DNA of 64,000 bases from Bryobacterales bacterium (GTDB taxonomy: Bacteria > Acidobacteriota > Terriglobia > Bryobacterales > UBA6623). The notes beneath the pieces are model-generated. The model was not told the origin of the DNA. It did no database searches and saw only the letters and a program-made list of their open reading frames with translations. The translations under genes and the position numbers were made by a program. The stretch's first letter is position 1. Each line of letters starts with the position of its first letter. The stretch is from the NCBI GenBank assembly GCA_963422375.2, contig OY729427.2:544001-608000 (forward strand), read 5' to 3'. Shown here piece after piece: positions 55,654-64,000 of this stretch.

Positions 55654-57105
55654 GTGACGTCACCGTCGCGCGGGCCAGGCATTCTGGCCGGGGCGCTCGC
55701 GCTCGCGCTGGCCGCCTGCGACGCGGGCAACCGGCTTCCGCAGGTCCCGGACGTCGCGGCGGAGGACTTCCCCGAGCGGCTTCGGGACGAGACCGCCCGC
55801 ATGATCGAGGCGGCCGACGGGAAGGGCGGCGATCCGTGGGCCAACGGCGATCTGGCGATGCTCCTGCATGCCCACGGGCAGCGGGGCGCCGCGGAGCCGC
55901 TCTACGAGCGCGCCGAAGCGCTCTCGGGCGGGGAGTTTCGCTGGGCCTACCTGCTGGGCGTCTGCCGCCAGGAAGCGGGCGAGTACGGCGAAGCCGTCGC
56001 TGCCTTCCGCCGCGCCCTGTCCAAGCGCGCGTACGGGCCGGCCGCGGTGCGGCTGGGCGAGTCGCTGGCGGCCGCCGAGTCGCTCGCGGAAGCGAAGACT
56101 GCGTTGCGAGACGCGATGCGCCTGGAGGGCAGCGAGGCCGCAGCGGGCTACGCCCTCGGCCGAGTCCTGCTCGATCTCGGCTCGGCCGAGGAGGCCATTC
56201 CCCTGCTGGAGCGAACCTTGGAGCTTTCGCCGGAATCGGGAGCGGCGCGCTACGCGCTCGCAACGGCCCACCGCGCCGCGGGCGACGAAGGCGCGGCTAG
56301 CCGCCACCTAACCGCGTTGGCCGGGGCCGGTCGCGACAAGCCCTCGCTGGACGACCCCGTGCTCGCTCGGGTGCGGGGCCTCGCCGCCGACGCCCACCAC
56401 TTCCTGAATGAGGGCCGGGCCCTGGCCTCGAGCGGGAGACTGCGCGAGGCGATCAGCGCGTACCAGCGGGCCCTTGCGCTGGACGCTGGCATGGCCGCCG
56501 CACACGCCAACCTCGTCGGGGCGTTCGGTCAGCTCGGCGACTTCGCGCAGGCCAAGGCGCATTACGACGCCGCACTGTCGATCGATCCGCGGCTCGAGGA
56601 GCTCCACAACAACTGGGGGGTGCTGCAGGCATCGAGAGGCGATCCGTCGAGCGCCGCCGAGGCGTTCCGCCGGGCGCTCGAGGTCAACCGGAACTCCGCC
56701 AAGGCCCATGCGAATCTCGGCGTCGCCCTGATCGAACTGGGGAGGAGGGATGCAGCGATGGGGCACTTCCTCACGGCCGTGGAGAGCGACCCGACGAACC
56801 GCCCGGCACGAACGAACCTCGGCACGCAGGCTCTTGAGTACGGTCGCCCGTCGGAAGCGGCCGAGCATTTCCGAGCGGCGCTTGACGGGGCCGATGACGG
56901 GAACGAGGCGTTCATCCGCTTCGCGCTCGGCATGGCCTACGGTCGCATAGGGCGAGACGCCGCCGCTTCCGAGTCGCTGGAGCGGGCGCTCGCCATGGCC
57001 GAGGCTCTGGGGAGGGAGAGCCTAGCGGTCCAGATCCGCAACGAGCTCGAATCGTCGCGGCAGGCGAACCAACACCAGTCGCACGAACCCGTTCCGGCTC
57101 GATGA
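55654..57105 (+). CDS. TPR lipoprotein
   Basis: Lipobox LAAC; many TPR repeats. Confidence 0.85.
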   Translation: MTSPSRGPGILAGALALALAACDAGNRLPQVPDVAAEDFPERLRDETARMIEAADGKGGDPWANGDLAMLLHAHGQRGAAEPLYERAEALSGGEFRWAYLLGVCRQEAGEYGEAVAAFRRALSKRAYGPAAVRLGESLAAAESLAEAKTALRDAMRLEGSEAAAGYALGRVLLDLGSAEEAIPLLERTLELSPESGAARYALATAHRAAGDEGAASRHLTALAGAGRDKPSLDDPVLARVRGLAADAHHFLNEGRALASSGRLREAISAYQRALALDAGMAAAHANLVGAFGQLGDFAQAKAHYDAALSIDPRLEELHNNWGVLQASRGDPSSAAEAFRRALEVNRNSAKAHANLGVALIELGRRDAAMGHFLTAVESDPTNRPARTNLGTQALEYGRPSEAAEHFRAALDGADDGNEAFIRFALGMAYGRIGRDAAASESLERALAMAEALGRESLAVQIRNELESSRQANQHQSHEPVPAR

Positions 57106-57322
57106 ATCCAAGGGTGCCGGACCTGCGGCAGCGGTCTCCCCCTGCTGAACCCGCACCGGTTCCGAGCGTGTCGAAGGCGACACGGGCGGTCAGCGGGGGC
57201 AATGACCGCACAGCCTGGCACCAGCGGCAGCGCCGGTCGCCCAATGGCGCGCGTCGTCGCAAGGGCTCTAGCCCGTTGAACACCGAGGGAGCGCTGACCG
57301 GCCTGCGCGCTGCGACAGGACG

Positions 57323-57745
57323 ATGCCCGCCCAGAATGACGATGTGGAGCAGGGATTTCGCGTTGCGACGTATGGAGACTACATTCGCAGGGGCGGGACA
57401 GACTCGGGCCGCTACCGCACGATCCCGAACGACCTGCCGCGCCCGTTCCGCGCGCTGCCTAGGAACTTGCAGGAAGCAGCGTTGGGCGACCCCGCTCCGT
57501 TGAGCGGGCCGCGTTCGGACGCGCTGCTTGCGGCCATGGTCGAGCACGTCGCCCGGCTGCACGGTCACCCGATTCCGGATTGGTTCGAAGAGCCAAGTCG
57601 ATTCCTCGACCGGCCCTGGGGCGTGAGCAAGAATCCCGTCATCGCGGCCGACTCGGCGCTCTACGCGGCCGGGGAGTTCATTCGCCACGGCGCTCTTGCG
57701 GATCCGGCGGAGATGGACTGGCGCGGAGGGAGGTCCATGAATTGA
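57323..57745 (+). CDS. Putative antitoxin-like partner of the downstream nucleotidyltransferase
   Basis: DALLAAMVEHVA..IPDW..P.RFLDRPW..EFIRHG pattern; abuts the nucleotidyltransferase remnant. Confidence 0.55.
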   Translation: MPAQNDDVEQGFRVATYGDYIRRGGTDSGRYRTIPNDLPRPFRALPRNLQEAALGDPAPLSGPRSDALLAAMVEHVARLHGHPIPDWFEEPSRFLDRPWGVSKNPVIAADSALYAAGEFIRHGALADPAEMDWRGGRSMN

Positions 57746-58403
57746 TCCCTCGATAGGGAAGCGCTCCAGAATGCGCTCTCAGCGCTGTCCGACAAGCTCC
57801 GCCAGCGCAATATTCGAGCTCCCGTGTACATTGTCGGCGGGACCGCCGTGCTTGCTTGCATACCGGCGGAGCTCCGTCGCGATGGACGTGGACGCGCTGC
57901 TGATCGAGAGCAACGCTTCGGTGCTTCCGGTGGTCGAGTCGGTCGCGCGGGATCTCGGCCTCGGCAGCCGCTGACTGAATGACGCTGTTCGGATACTCCA
58001 ACGCATGCCCCCTCGACCCGACAGTCGAGCGATCACGGTATTCCAGTTGCCTTACCTCGTCGTCACGCGGGATTCGGCCAGTCACATGCTGGCAATGAAG
58101 GTGGGGTCGGGGCGAGAGAAGGACTTCGAGGAGATCGAGACCTTGCTGCGCGCTCTGAAACCCGACGACATGGACGGGATTCGGAAGACCCACCGCGCCG
58201 CGTTCCCGCACGAGAACATCCCTGCGCGCAGCGAGAAGCGCGTGGCCGCACTACTGCGGTCATTGCAGTCCTCCGACTGGCGCTACGAACCGGTCGTCTC
58301 CGCAAGCTGCTATCCGCCGGGGCCAAGCAGCCTGCTGTACGCATGGATCGCAGGCGCTCCGCCCAAGTGGACGAACAGAACTTTCGAGCCGCTTGGGAAA
58401 TAA
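57737..58403 (+). pseudogene. DUF6036-like nucleotidyltransferase pseudogene
   Basis: VYIVGGTAV, MDVDA, GLGSR*LNDAV, MLAMKV..GREKD; stops at 57743-57745 and 57972-57974 plus frameshifts. Confidence 0.72.
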
Positions 58404-59326
58404 CCCTGGCGCACAAGGTCGATCAAACCTTGCATGGACTTGCCCTCGTAGACGGGGTCGGTGATCAATGCCTCGGTTCGGGCGGCAACACGGATCGCCT
58501 CGATCGTCTCGCTGGAAGGCATGCCGTAAGCCGGATAGGCGTAGTCTTCGATCAGCACGATGTCCGAAGGGTCGATGTCGAGCCCGAGTCCGACGAGGTC
58601 GGCCGTGTTGCGGGCGATATCGAGGACCTGAGCCCTAGCCCGCTCAGGCGTTGCGGAAGCGTCAATGCCAACTACCCTTCTCTGACGTCCGTCCGCCGCG
58701 AAGCCGACGGCCATCCCCGCATGAGTGGAGCCCGTCACGGTGCAGGTCACCACGTAATCGAACCGAATGCCGAGCTCCGCTTCCTGGGCGTGCACCTCCT
58801 CGGCGAAGCCCACGTATCCCAAGCCCCCGAGCCGGTGGACAGAGGCTCCGGCCGGGATCGAGTACGGCTTCCCTCCAACCGCCTTCACCGTCTCGAGTGC
58901 CTGACGCCAGCTCGCTCGGATGCCGATGTCGAATCCGTGCGGCGCGATCTCGACCTCCGCACCCATGACGCGGCTCATCAGGATGTTGCCGACGCGACCG
59001 TAGCCGGGGTCGTCGACCGGGACCCAAGCCTCCTGCACCAAGTGGCACTTCAGGCCGAGCTTGGCCGCTACCGCGGCAACCTGCCGAGTGTGATTGGACT
59101 GGACACCGCCGATCGTGACCAAGGTATCGGCGCCGGTCGCAAGAACGTCCGGCACCATGTATTCGAGCTTGCGGAGCTTGTTGCCTCCGCAGACGAGGCC
59201 GGAATTGCAGTCCTCCCGCTTCGCGTACAGCTCGACCCGACCGCCCAGGTGCTCCGAAAGCCGGTTCAACGGCTCGACCGGCGTGGGGCCGAATGTCAGA
59301 GGGTAGCGCTCGAATCTGGCAAGCAT
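58310..59326 (-). CDS. acdS: 1-aminocyclopropane-1-carboxylate deaminase
   Basis: 338 aa; [45 protein letters not shown] and HLGG, the Glu/Leu pair that separates AcdS from D-cysteine desulfhydrase. Confidence 0.92.
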   Translation of the reverse strand: MLARFERYPLTFGPTPVEPLNRLSEHLGGRVELYAKREDCNSGLVCGGNKLRKLEYMVPDVLATGADTLVTIGGVQSNHTRQVAAVAAKLGLKCHLVQEAWVPVDDPGYGRVGNILMSRVMGAEVEIAPHGFDIGIRASWRQALETVKAVGGKPYSIPAGASVHRLGGLGYVGFAEEVHAQEAELGIRFDYVVTCTVTGSTHAGMAVGFAADGRQRRVVGIDASATPERARAQVLDIARNTADLVGLGLDIDPSDIVLIEDYAYPAYGMPSSETIEAIRVAARTEALITDPVYEGKSMQGLIDLVRQGYFPSGSKVLFVHLGGAPAIHAYSRLLGPGG

Positions 59327-59414
59327 CGACGAGATCCTGACTCATTCGCCTCGACCCGCTGGCCGACAACGCTCCGTCGTAGATTCCTTCCCTACACGGT
59401 ACGTGCAAGGGCCC

Positions 59415-59432
59415 GGGGGGGGGGGGGGGGGG
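59415..59432. repeat. G18 homopolymer
   Basis: 18 consecutive G, about 90 bp upstream of the acdS start. Confidence 0.9.
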
Positions 59433-59952
59433 CCGCATGGGATCGACGCAGGCAGCGGCAAGCCAAGGGATAGGGCATGGACGCCCTGCCAGGCGAGGTC
59501 CAGGGGAGCCGGGAACGATACTGCGGCACCCCGTATCCGCTGGCTTGATAGACTCGACCCTTGCTCAAGTTCCTAGCCGTCCGCATCGTCGGGTCTTCGG
59601 TGTTCGAGGAAGGGCGCGGCGAGAACGAGATTCTTCGCATTCCGCAACAAGGCCTTCGACACACCTCGGCCAAACGCTTCCCGTCAAGTCTCGCAGGCGG
59701 GGAAGGCAGGCAACTGGCTGAGGACTGGGATCGCAACGAGGCACTGCACCGCCGAGGCTCTGCGCGCGGGACTGAACCGGGACGACCATGTTGCCCGGCG
59801 ACGCCGATTCAAGGGATCGGATACACTTTCCGGTGCTTCGGATTCGAGAGCACTGAAGCGACAGGAAGCGAGGTCGCGGAATCCACGCTGCCGGCGTCCC
59901 GCACCGGATATCCTTGTCTTCGCCGCCAGCGCGGCTCCGACGGAGGCCACCA

Positions 59953-62523
59953 GTGAAGTTCAAGTCGATGGCGCTAGGTGCGCTGCTGCTCTGCCTGCTC
60001 TGGGTGCTAGCCGCCCAGGACCGACGCGGCGGCGCGGAGGACTACCTCGAGCCGGATCTTCGCGAGCGCGTCGAGAGACTCAAGGTCGAAGCCGGAGAGC
60101 CGTCTTCGGACGCAGCCGTCCTCTCCAAGAGGCTAGCCATCCTGTGGGAGTGGGCCAACGCCTACTCGCTGACCGGCGGGCCCGTTCCGGGCGGCTTCCC
60201 GCAGCTCGCCGCCAACGCGAATCGGGGCCTGCGACGGCTAGCGCCGGGGGGACCGCAGATCCCGGTCGATGCGGTCGGTCAATTCATCGCTAGGTACGCA
60301 CGGGAATTCCAGATCAAGGACGAGAATCCGCAGGCCATCGGCACGCTCACGCTCTCGTCGTCCGGCCCCTTCCGAGCCGGCCAGCTCGTGACGGTCAGCG
60401 AGACCTACGAGGTCGGCGACATGCCGATGGCCGTCGGTGGCGGAATCGCCGTCGGCCAGGGACGCGGTAGCCGACTCCAAGCCAGCGACCCGTCCGGGGC
60501 ACGCTACGTGACCGCCGTCACGTCGAACCCGGAGGCGGTGCTGACCGCGACGGAGCCCTGGGGCCGGTGGGTCACGTTCGAGACGCGCAGCACGCTGGCG
60601 TTCCGCCTCTCCGGCACGGAATTGCGGAAGGGCGACACCATCACGCTCACCTTCGGCGACAGAAGCGGGGGCGGTCCCGGTCTCAGGTTCCAGCAATGGT
60701 CGAACGACCGCGTCGTCTTCAAGACCTTCGTCGACCTCGAGGGCAATGGCTGGCTGCTCAGTCCCGCTTGGCCCGCGATGGAAGTCGTCGGCGAGGAGCG
60801 GATTCGATTTGTGAACGCCGTCGCCCCGTCGATTGTCGAGACAGGTGAAGAGTTCGAACTGTTCGTCCGGTCGGAAGACCGGTTCAAGAATCTCGCGTCC
60901 GGCACGACGCCCGACCTCGAAGTGGCGCTCGGCGGCGAGACGGTGCGGGAAGTTCCTGCGGGCAGCCGGGCCATGCACCGGGTGGACGGAATGCGGATCG
61001 AGTCCCCGGGTGTCTACCGGTTCCACGTCCGCTCTCGTGACGGAACGCTGCAAGGAACAAGCAACCCAGTCCGGGTGGAGAACGAGCCGACGCGCAGAAT
61101 CTACTGGGGCGAGACCCACGGCCATACCGGCTTCGCGGAAGGGCAGGGCTCCCCCGACGGGTACTACAGGTTCGGCCGCGATGTCGCGCGGCTCGATTTC
61201 CTGAGCCTCTCCGAGCACGACATCTGGATGGACGACTTCGAGTGGAAGACCCTCCAGGAAATGGTCGAGAAGTATCGCGACCCGGGCAGGTTCACCACGC
61301 TGCTCGGATTCGAGTGGACCTCGCGCTTGCCCTACGGAGGGCATCACAACGTCTTCTTCCGCGACACCCCGGGCCGCCTGCGGGTGCCCAACCAGACGGC
61401 ACCATTGCTGGACGAGCTGTACGAGGGCCTGAGAGCAGGGAACGCCAGCGAAGACGTACTGGTCGTCCCGCACGCCCACCAGCCGGGCGACTGGACTACA
61501 AGCGACGGCGACCTCGAGCGGCTGGTCGAGATCCAGTCTGGCCACGGCACGTTCGACTGGTTCGGGAACAAATACCTAGAGAGCGGCTACCGCGTCGGAT
61601 TCGTCGGGGCGTCCGACAACCATGTCGGACACCCCGGCTACAGCGGGATGACGAACCGCCAGCTGGGCGGGCTCGCGGCCGTCATCGCGGCCGAGAACAC
61701 GGCGGACGCGATCTTCGACGGGCTACGCGACCGCGCCACCTACGCCACGACCGGCGAGCGCATCGTCCTGGACGCCGACCTTAACGGCGTCGGCATCGGG
61801 AAAGAGCAGGCGGACGCGCCGGGCCGGACCATTCGCTGCACCGTGAACGGCACGGCGCCGATCGACGCTGTCGATGTCATCAAGAACGGCGCGGTGGTCT
61901 ACACCCAGCGGTACCTGCAGACCGACCTAGGCGCCGACGCCTTGGTCCAAGTGAGCTTCGAGGCCTCCACCGAGGTGATCGGCAGGCGGCAGGTGCCGCG
62001 CGGGGACCGGCCGTGGAAGGGCGTCATCCGGGCCCAAGGGGCTCGGATCGTGGGACTTGACGAACCGTGGCACCGCCATCCCGGCACCTACAGCGCCAGG
62101 CTCGAGGACGGGCAGGTGCAGTTCGCGATGCATACCCGCGGGCGCAGCACTTCACTCGTCCTCCGCCTGCGCGACGCGAGCGCCAGCACCCGGGTCGTCG
62201 TGGACATGGAGGGGACTAGGGAGCGCCCTGGCTCCGGCGGCTACGAGCGCAGGCCGCAGGGCCTGCCGGCCGCCGAGGCGACGTTCCGGCTCGGCGACCT
62301 CGGGGGCGAGGTGGACCGCAGGGAATTCAAGGTGCTCGAGCACGCGGACGCCCTGTCCGTCCAAGTCATACCGTCCGGCGGGGCGCTCGACCGCGACTTC
62401 ACCTACACCGACCGCGACAGTCCGCAGGCCGGCGACTACTACTACCTGCGCGTGCGCCAGGTCGACGGGGCCATGGCATGGTCCAGCCCCTTCTGGGTCG
62501 GCGCTCGCTCGAGCGGCAGCTGA
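59953..62523 (+). CDS. Secreted DUF3604-like PHP metallohydrolase
   Basis: GGAGG SD and GTG; signal peptide; YWGETHGHT, SEHD, GFEWT..GHHNV, PHAH, GASDNH, YATTG; YYYLRVRQ..AWSSPFWV. Confidence 0.85.
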   Translation: MKFKSMALGALLLCLLWVLAAQDRRGGAEDYLEPDLRERVERLKVEAGEPSSDAAVLSKRLAILWEWANAYSLTGGPVPGGFPQLAANANRGLRRLAPGGPQIPVDAVGQFIARYAREFQIKDENPQAIGTLTLSSSGPFRAGQLVTVSETYEVGDMPMAVGGGIAVGQGRGSRLQASDPSGARYVTAVTSNPEAVLTATEPWGRWVTFETRSTLAFRLSGTELRKGDTITLTFGDRSGGGPGLRFQQWSNDRVVFKTFVDLEGNGWLLSPAWPAMEVVGEERIRFVNAVAPSIVETGEEFELFVRSEDRFKNLASGTTPDLEVALGGETVREVPAGSRAMHRVDGMRIESPGVYRFHVRSRDGTLQGTSNPVRVENEPTRRIYWGETHGHTGFAEGQGSPDGYYRFGRDVARLDFLSLSEHDIWMDDFEWKTLQEMVEKYRDPGRFTTLLGFEWTSRLPYGGHHNVFFRDTPGRLRVPNQTAPLLDELYEGLRAGNASEDVLVVPHAHQPGDWTTSDGDLERLVEIQSGHGTFDWFGNKYLESGYRVGFVGASDNHVGHPGYSGMTNRQLGGLAAVIAAENTADAIFDGLRDRATYATTGERIVLDADLNGVGIGKEQADAPGRTIRCTVNGTAPIDAVDVIKNGAVVYTQRYLQTDLGADALVQVSFEASTEVIGRRQVPRGDRPWKGVIRAQGARIVGLDEPWHRHPGTYSARLEDGQVQFAMHTRGRSTSLVLRLRDASASTRVVVDMEGTRERPGSGGYERRPQGLPAAEATFRLGDLGGEVDRREFKVLEHADALSVQVIPSGGALDRDFTYTDRDSPQAGDYYYLRVRQVDGAMAWSSPFWVGARSSGS

Positions 62524-62811
62524 CCGCAGGCGGCCGGATCCCTCGGGCACTCGGCTGGACGCCGCGATTCGCGCGGTTCCCGCTCATCGTCCCAAGCCAT
62601 CCCGGCCGGGCCTGACGCCGCGCTGACGCCCCGGATTCGAGCCCGACGTCATCCAGCGGGCGCGGCTCGGGCGCCTCCTGCGATAGAATGCGGTCCGAAC
62701 CCTCCCTAGGAGCATGCATCCCATTTCAAGGAGAGAAGGCCCAACCGCACTCTTCTCCTAAAGGATCCGACTCGACAGCGACCAACGGCCGCACTTCGCT
62801 AGGAGGCGAAC

Positions 62812-64000
62812 ATGAGAAACCGATCCATCTGGCTAGCAGCCCTGCCGCTGCTTCTCGCCCAAGGAGCGCTCGGCCAGCAAGCCGACACCGCCGTGGTCGT
62901 CGGCTCCGTTAGCGATGCCACAGGCGCCGTGATTCCCGGAGTCGAGCTCCGGTTCACCCATCAAGCCACGGGATCGGCCTACGACGCCCAGACCGATGCC
63001 GGCGGCTTCTACCGGACGCCACCGCTGCGCATCGGCGCGTACCGCATGGAAGCCGAGTCCCCGGGATTCAAGCGCATCCATCAGTCGGGCGTCGTCCTGA
63101 ACGCCGGCGACACCCGCCAAATCGACCTGGTGCTCGAGGTCGGCGAGGTGACCGAGACCATCGAGGTGGTCGCGCAGGCACCGCTGCTGCAGACGCAGGA
63201 GGGGGCGACCGGCACGGTGATGGAGAACCAGCAGATTCTCGAACTGCCGCTCAACGGCCGCGACTACCTGCAGCTCGCGCGAATCTCCGCGGGCGTGACC
63301 CCCCCGGCCCGCTCGGAGGTGGCCAACCGCCAGGGCGTGAGCGTCGGCGGGTCGCAGGCGACCCAAGTCAACTTCATCATCGACGGGATCGACAACAACA
63401 ACCAGTCCATCGCTTCCCAGGGCAATCAGAAGGAAGCGATCAAGCCGCAGATCGACGCGGTGCAGGAGTTCAAGATTCTGACCAACGCCTATTCCGCCGA
63501 GTTCGGTCGCTCGATGGGCGGGGTGGTCACGATGACGACCAAGTCCGGAACCAACGAGATCCACGGCTCGGCCTTCCAGTTCATGCGGAACGAGGGCATG
63601 GACGCCAAGAACTTCTTTGTCCCCCACGACGCCGACAAGCCGCCGTTCAAGCGCAACCAATACGGATTCTCGCTGGGCGGCCCGCTGGCCCGGAACCGGT
63701 CGTTCCTCTTCGGGGACATGGAATACACGGACATCCGCGAATCGACCACCCGCGTCAACACGATTCCGAACAAGCTCGAGCGAGCGGGCGACTTCTCGGG
63801 GCAGAGCGGCATCATCCGCGACCCGCTGACGACGCATGCGGAGACATTGGCCCGCGACCCGTTCCCCAACAACATGGTTCCCGACAGCCGCGTCGACTCG
63901 GTCTCTCGAGTCGCGCGCGACTGGTGGCCGGAACCGACCAACAGCGGCAGCACCCGGAACCACGTCTGGGTGCCGCCCCGGAATCAGGACCTGAATCGCT
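62812..64000 (+). CDS. TonB-dependent receptor, Oar-like (runs off the window end)
   Basis: AGGAGG then ATG 62812; MRNRSIWLAALPLLLAQG; GSVSDATGAVIPG, LPLNGRDYLQLA, EFKILTNAYSAEFG, TKSGTN. Absent from the ORF track because it has no stop in the window. Confidence 0.93.
   Translation, partial: MRNRSIWLAALPLLLAQGALGQQADTAVVVGSVSDATGAVIPGVELRFTHQATGSAYDAQTDAGGFYRTPPLRIGAYRMEAESPGFKRIHQSGVVLNAGDTRQIDLVLEVGEVTETIEVVAQAPLLQTQEGATGTVMENQQILELPLNGRDYLQLARISAGVTPPARSEVANRQGVSVGGSQATQVNFIIDGIDNNNQSIASQGNQKEAIKPQIDAVQEFKILTNAYSAEFGRSMGGVVTMTTKSGTNEIHGSAFQFMRNEGMDAKNFFVPHDADKPPFKRNQYGFSLGGPLARNRSFLFGDMEYTDIRESTTRVNTIPNKLERAGDFSGQSGIIRDPLTTHAETLARDPFPNNMVPDSRVDSVSRVARDWWPEPTNSGSTRNHVWVPPRNQDLNR

Noticed and set aside
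57972..57974. In-frame TGA in the nucleotidyltransferase as selenocysteine
   Set aside because: Context fits TGG to TGA (WLND), the gene has other stops and frameshifts, and no SECIS-like hairpin was noticed.
59440..59940. acdR (Lrp) remnant or cobalamin riboswitch
   Set aside because: No Lrp HTH motif and no B12-box match could be found.

Overview
GC-rich bacterial chromosome segment. The gene content (Oar-type TonB receptors, FG-GAP/ASPIC-UnbV proteins, TPR proteins, DUF3604-like PHP proteins) suggests Acidobacteriota, and the many decayed IS elements and pseudogenes suggest a host-associated lineage; both are inferences. Core genes: tilS-ftsH, ssb, larB, thrS, an OmpR/HK pair, a LytS/LytTR pair and an SSS transporter. 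Accessory DNA: a PHP-ABC-ATPase (Ppl/TrlF-like) gene followed by a Schlafen/AlbA_2 gene, two IS1380 copies (one carrying a nested IS1595), an ISNCY-like element, a frameshifted Rpn gene, a phage tail remnant, a decayed chondroitinase-like lyase, a decayed nucleotidyltransferase TA-like pair and an ACC deaminase. The strongest hidden signal is at 34972-38637. Two apparent ORFs there are one reading frame interrupted by a single TGA (36604-36606), followed 11 nt later by an fdhF-like SECIS hairpin. This makes it a candidate secreted selenoprotein with FG-GAP, ASPIC-UnbV, thioredoxin and TPR domains. Two further patterns: decaying elements show strongly AT-to-GC biased lesions, and several genes look leaderless. 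No rRNA, tRNA or CRISPR array was seen.
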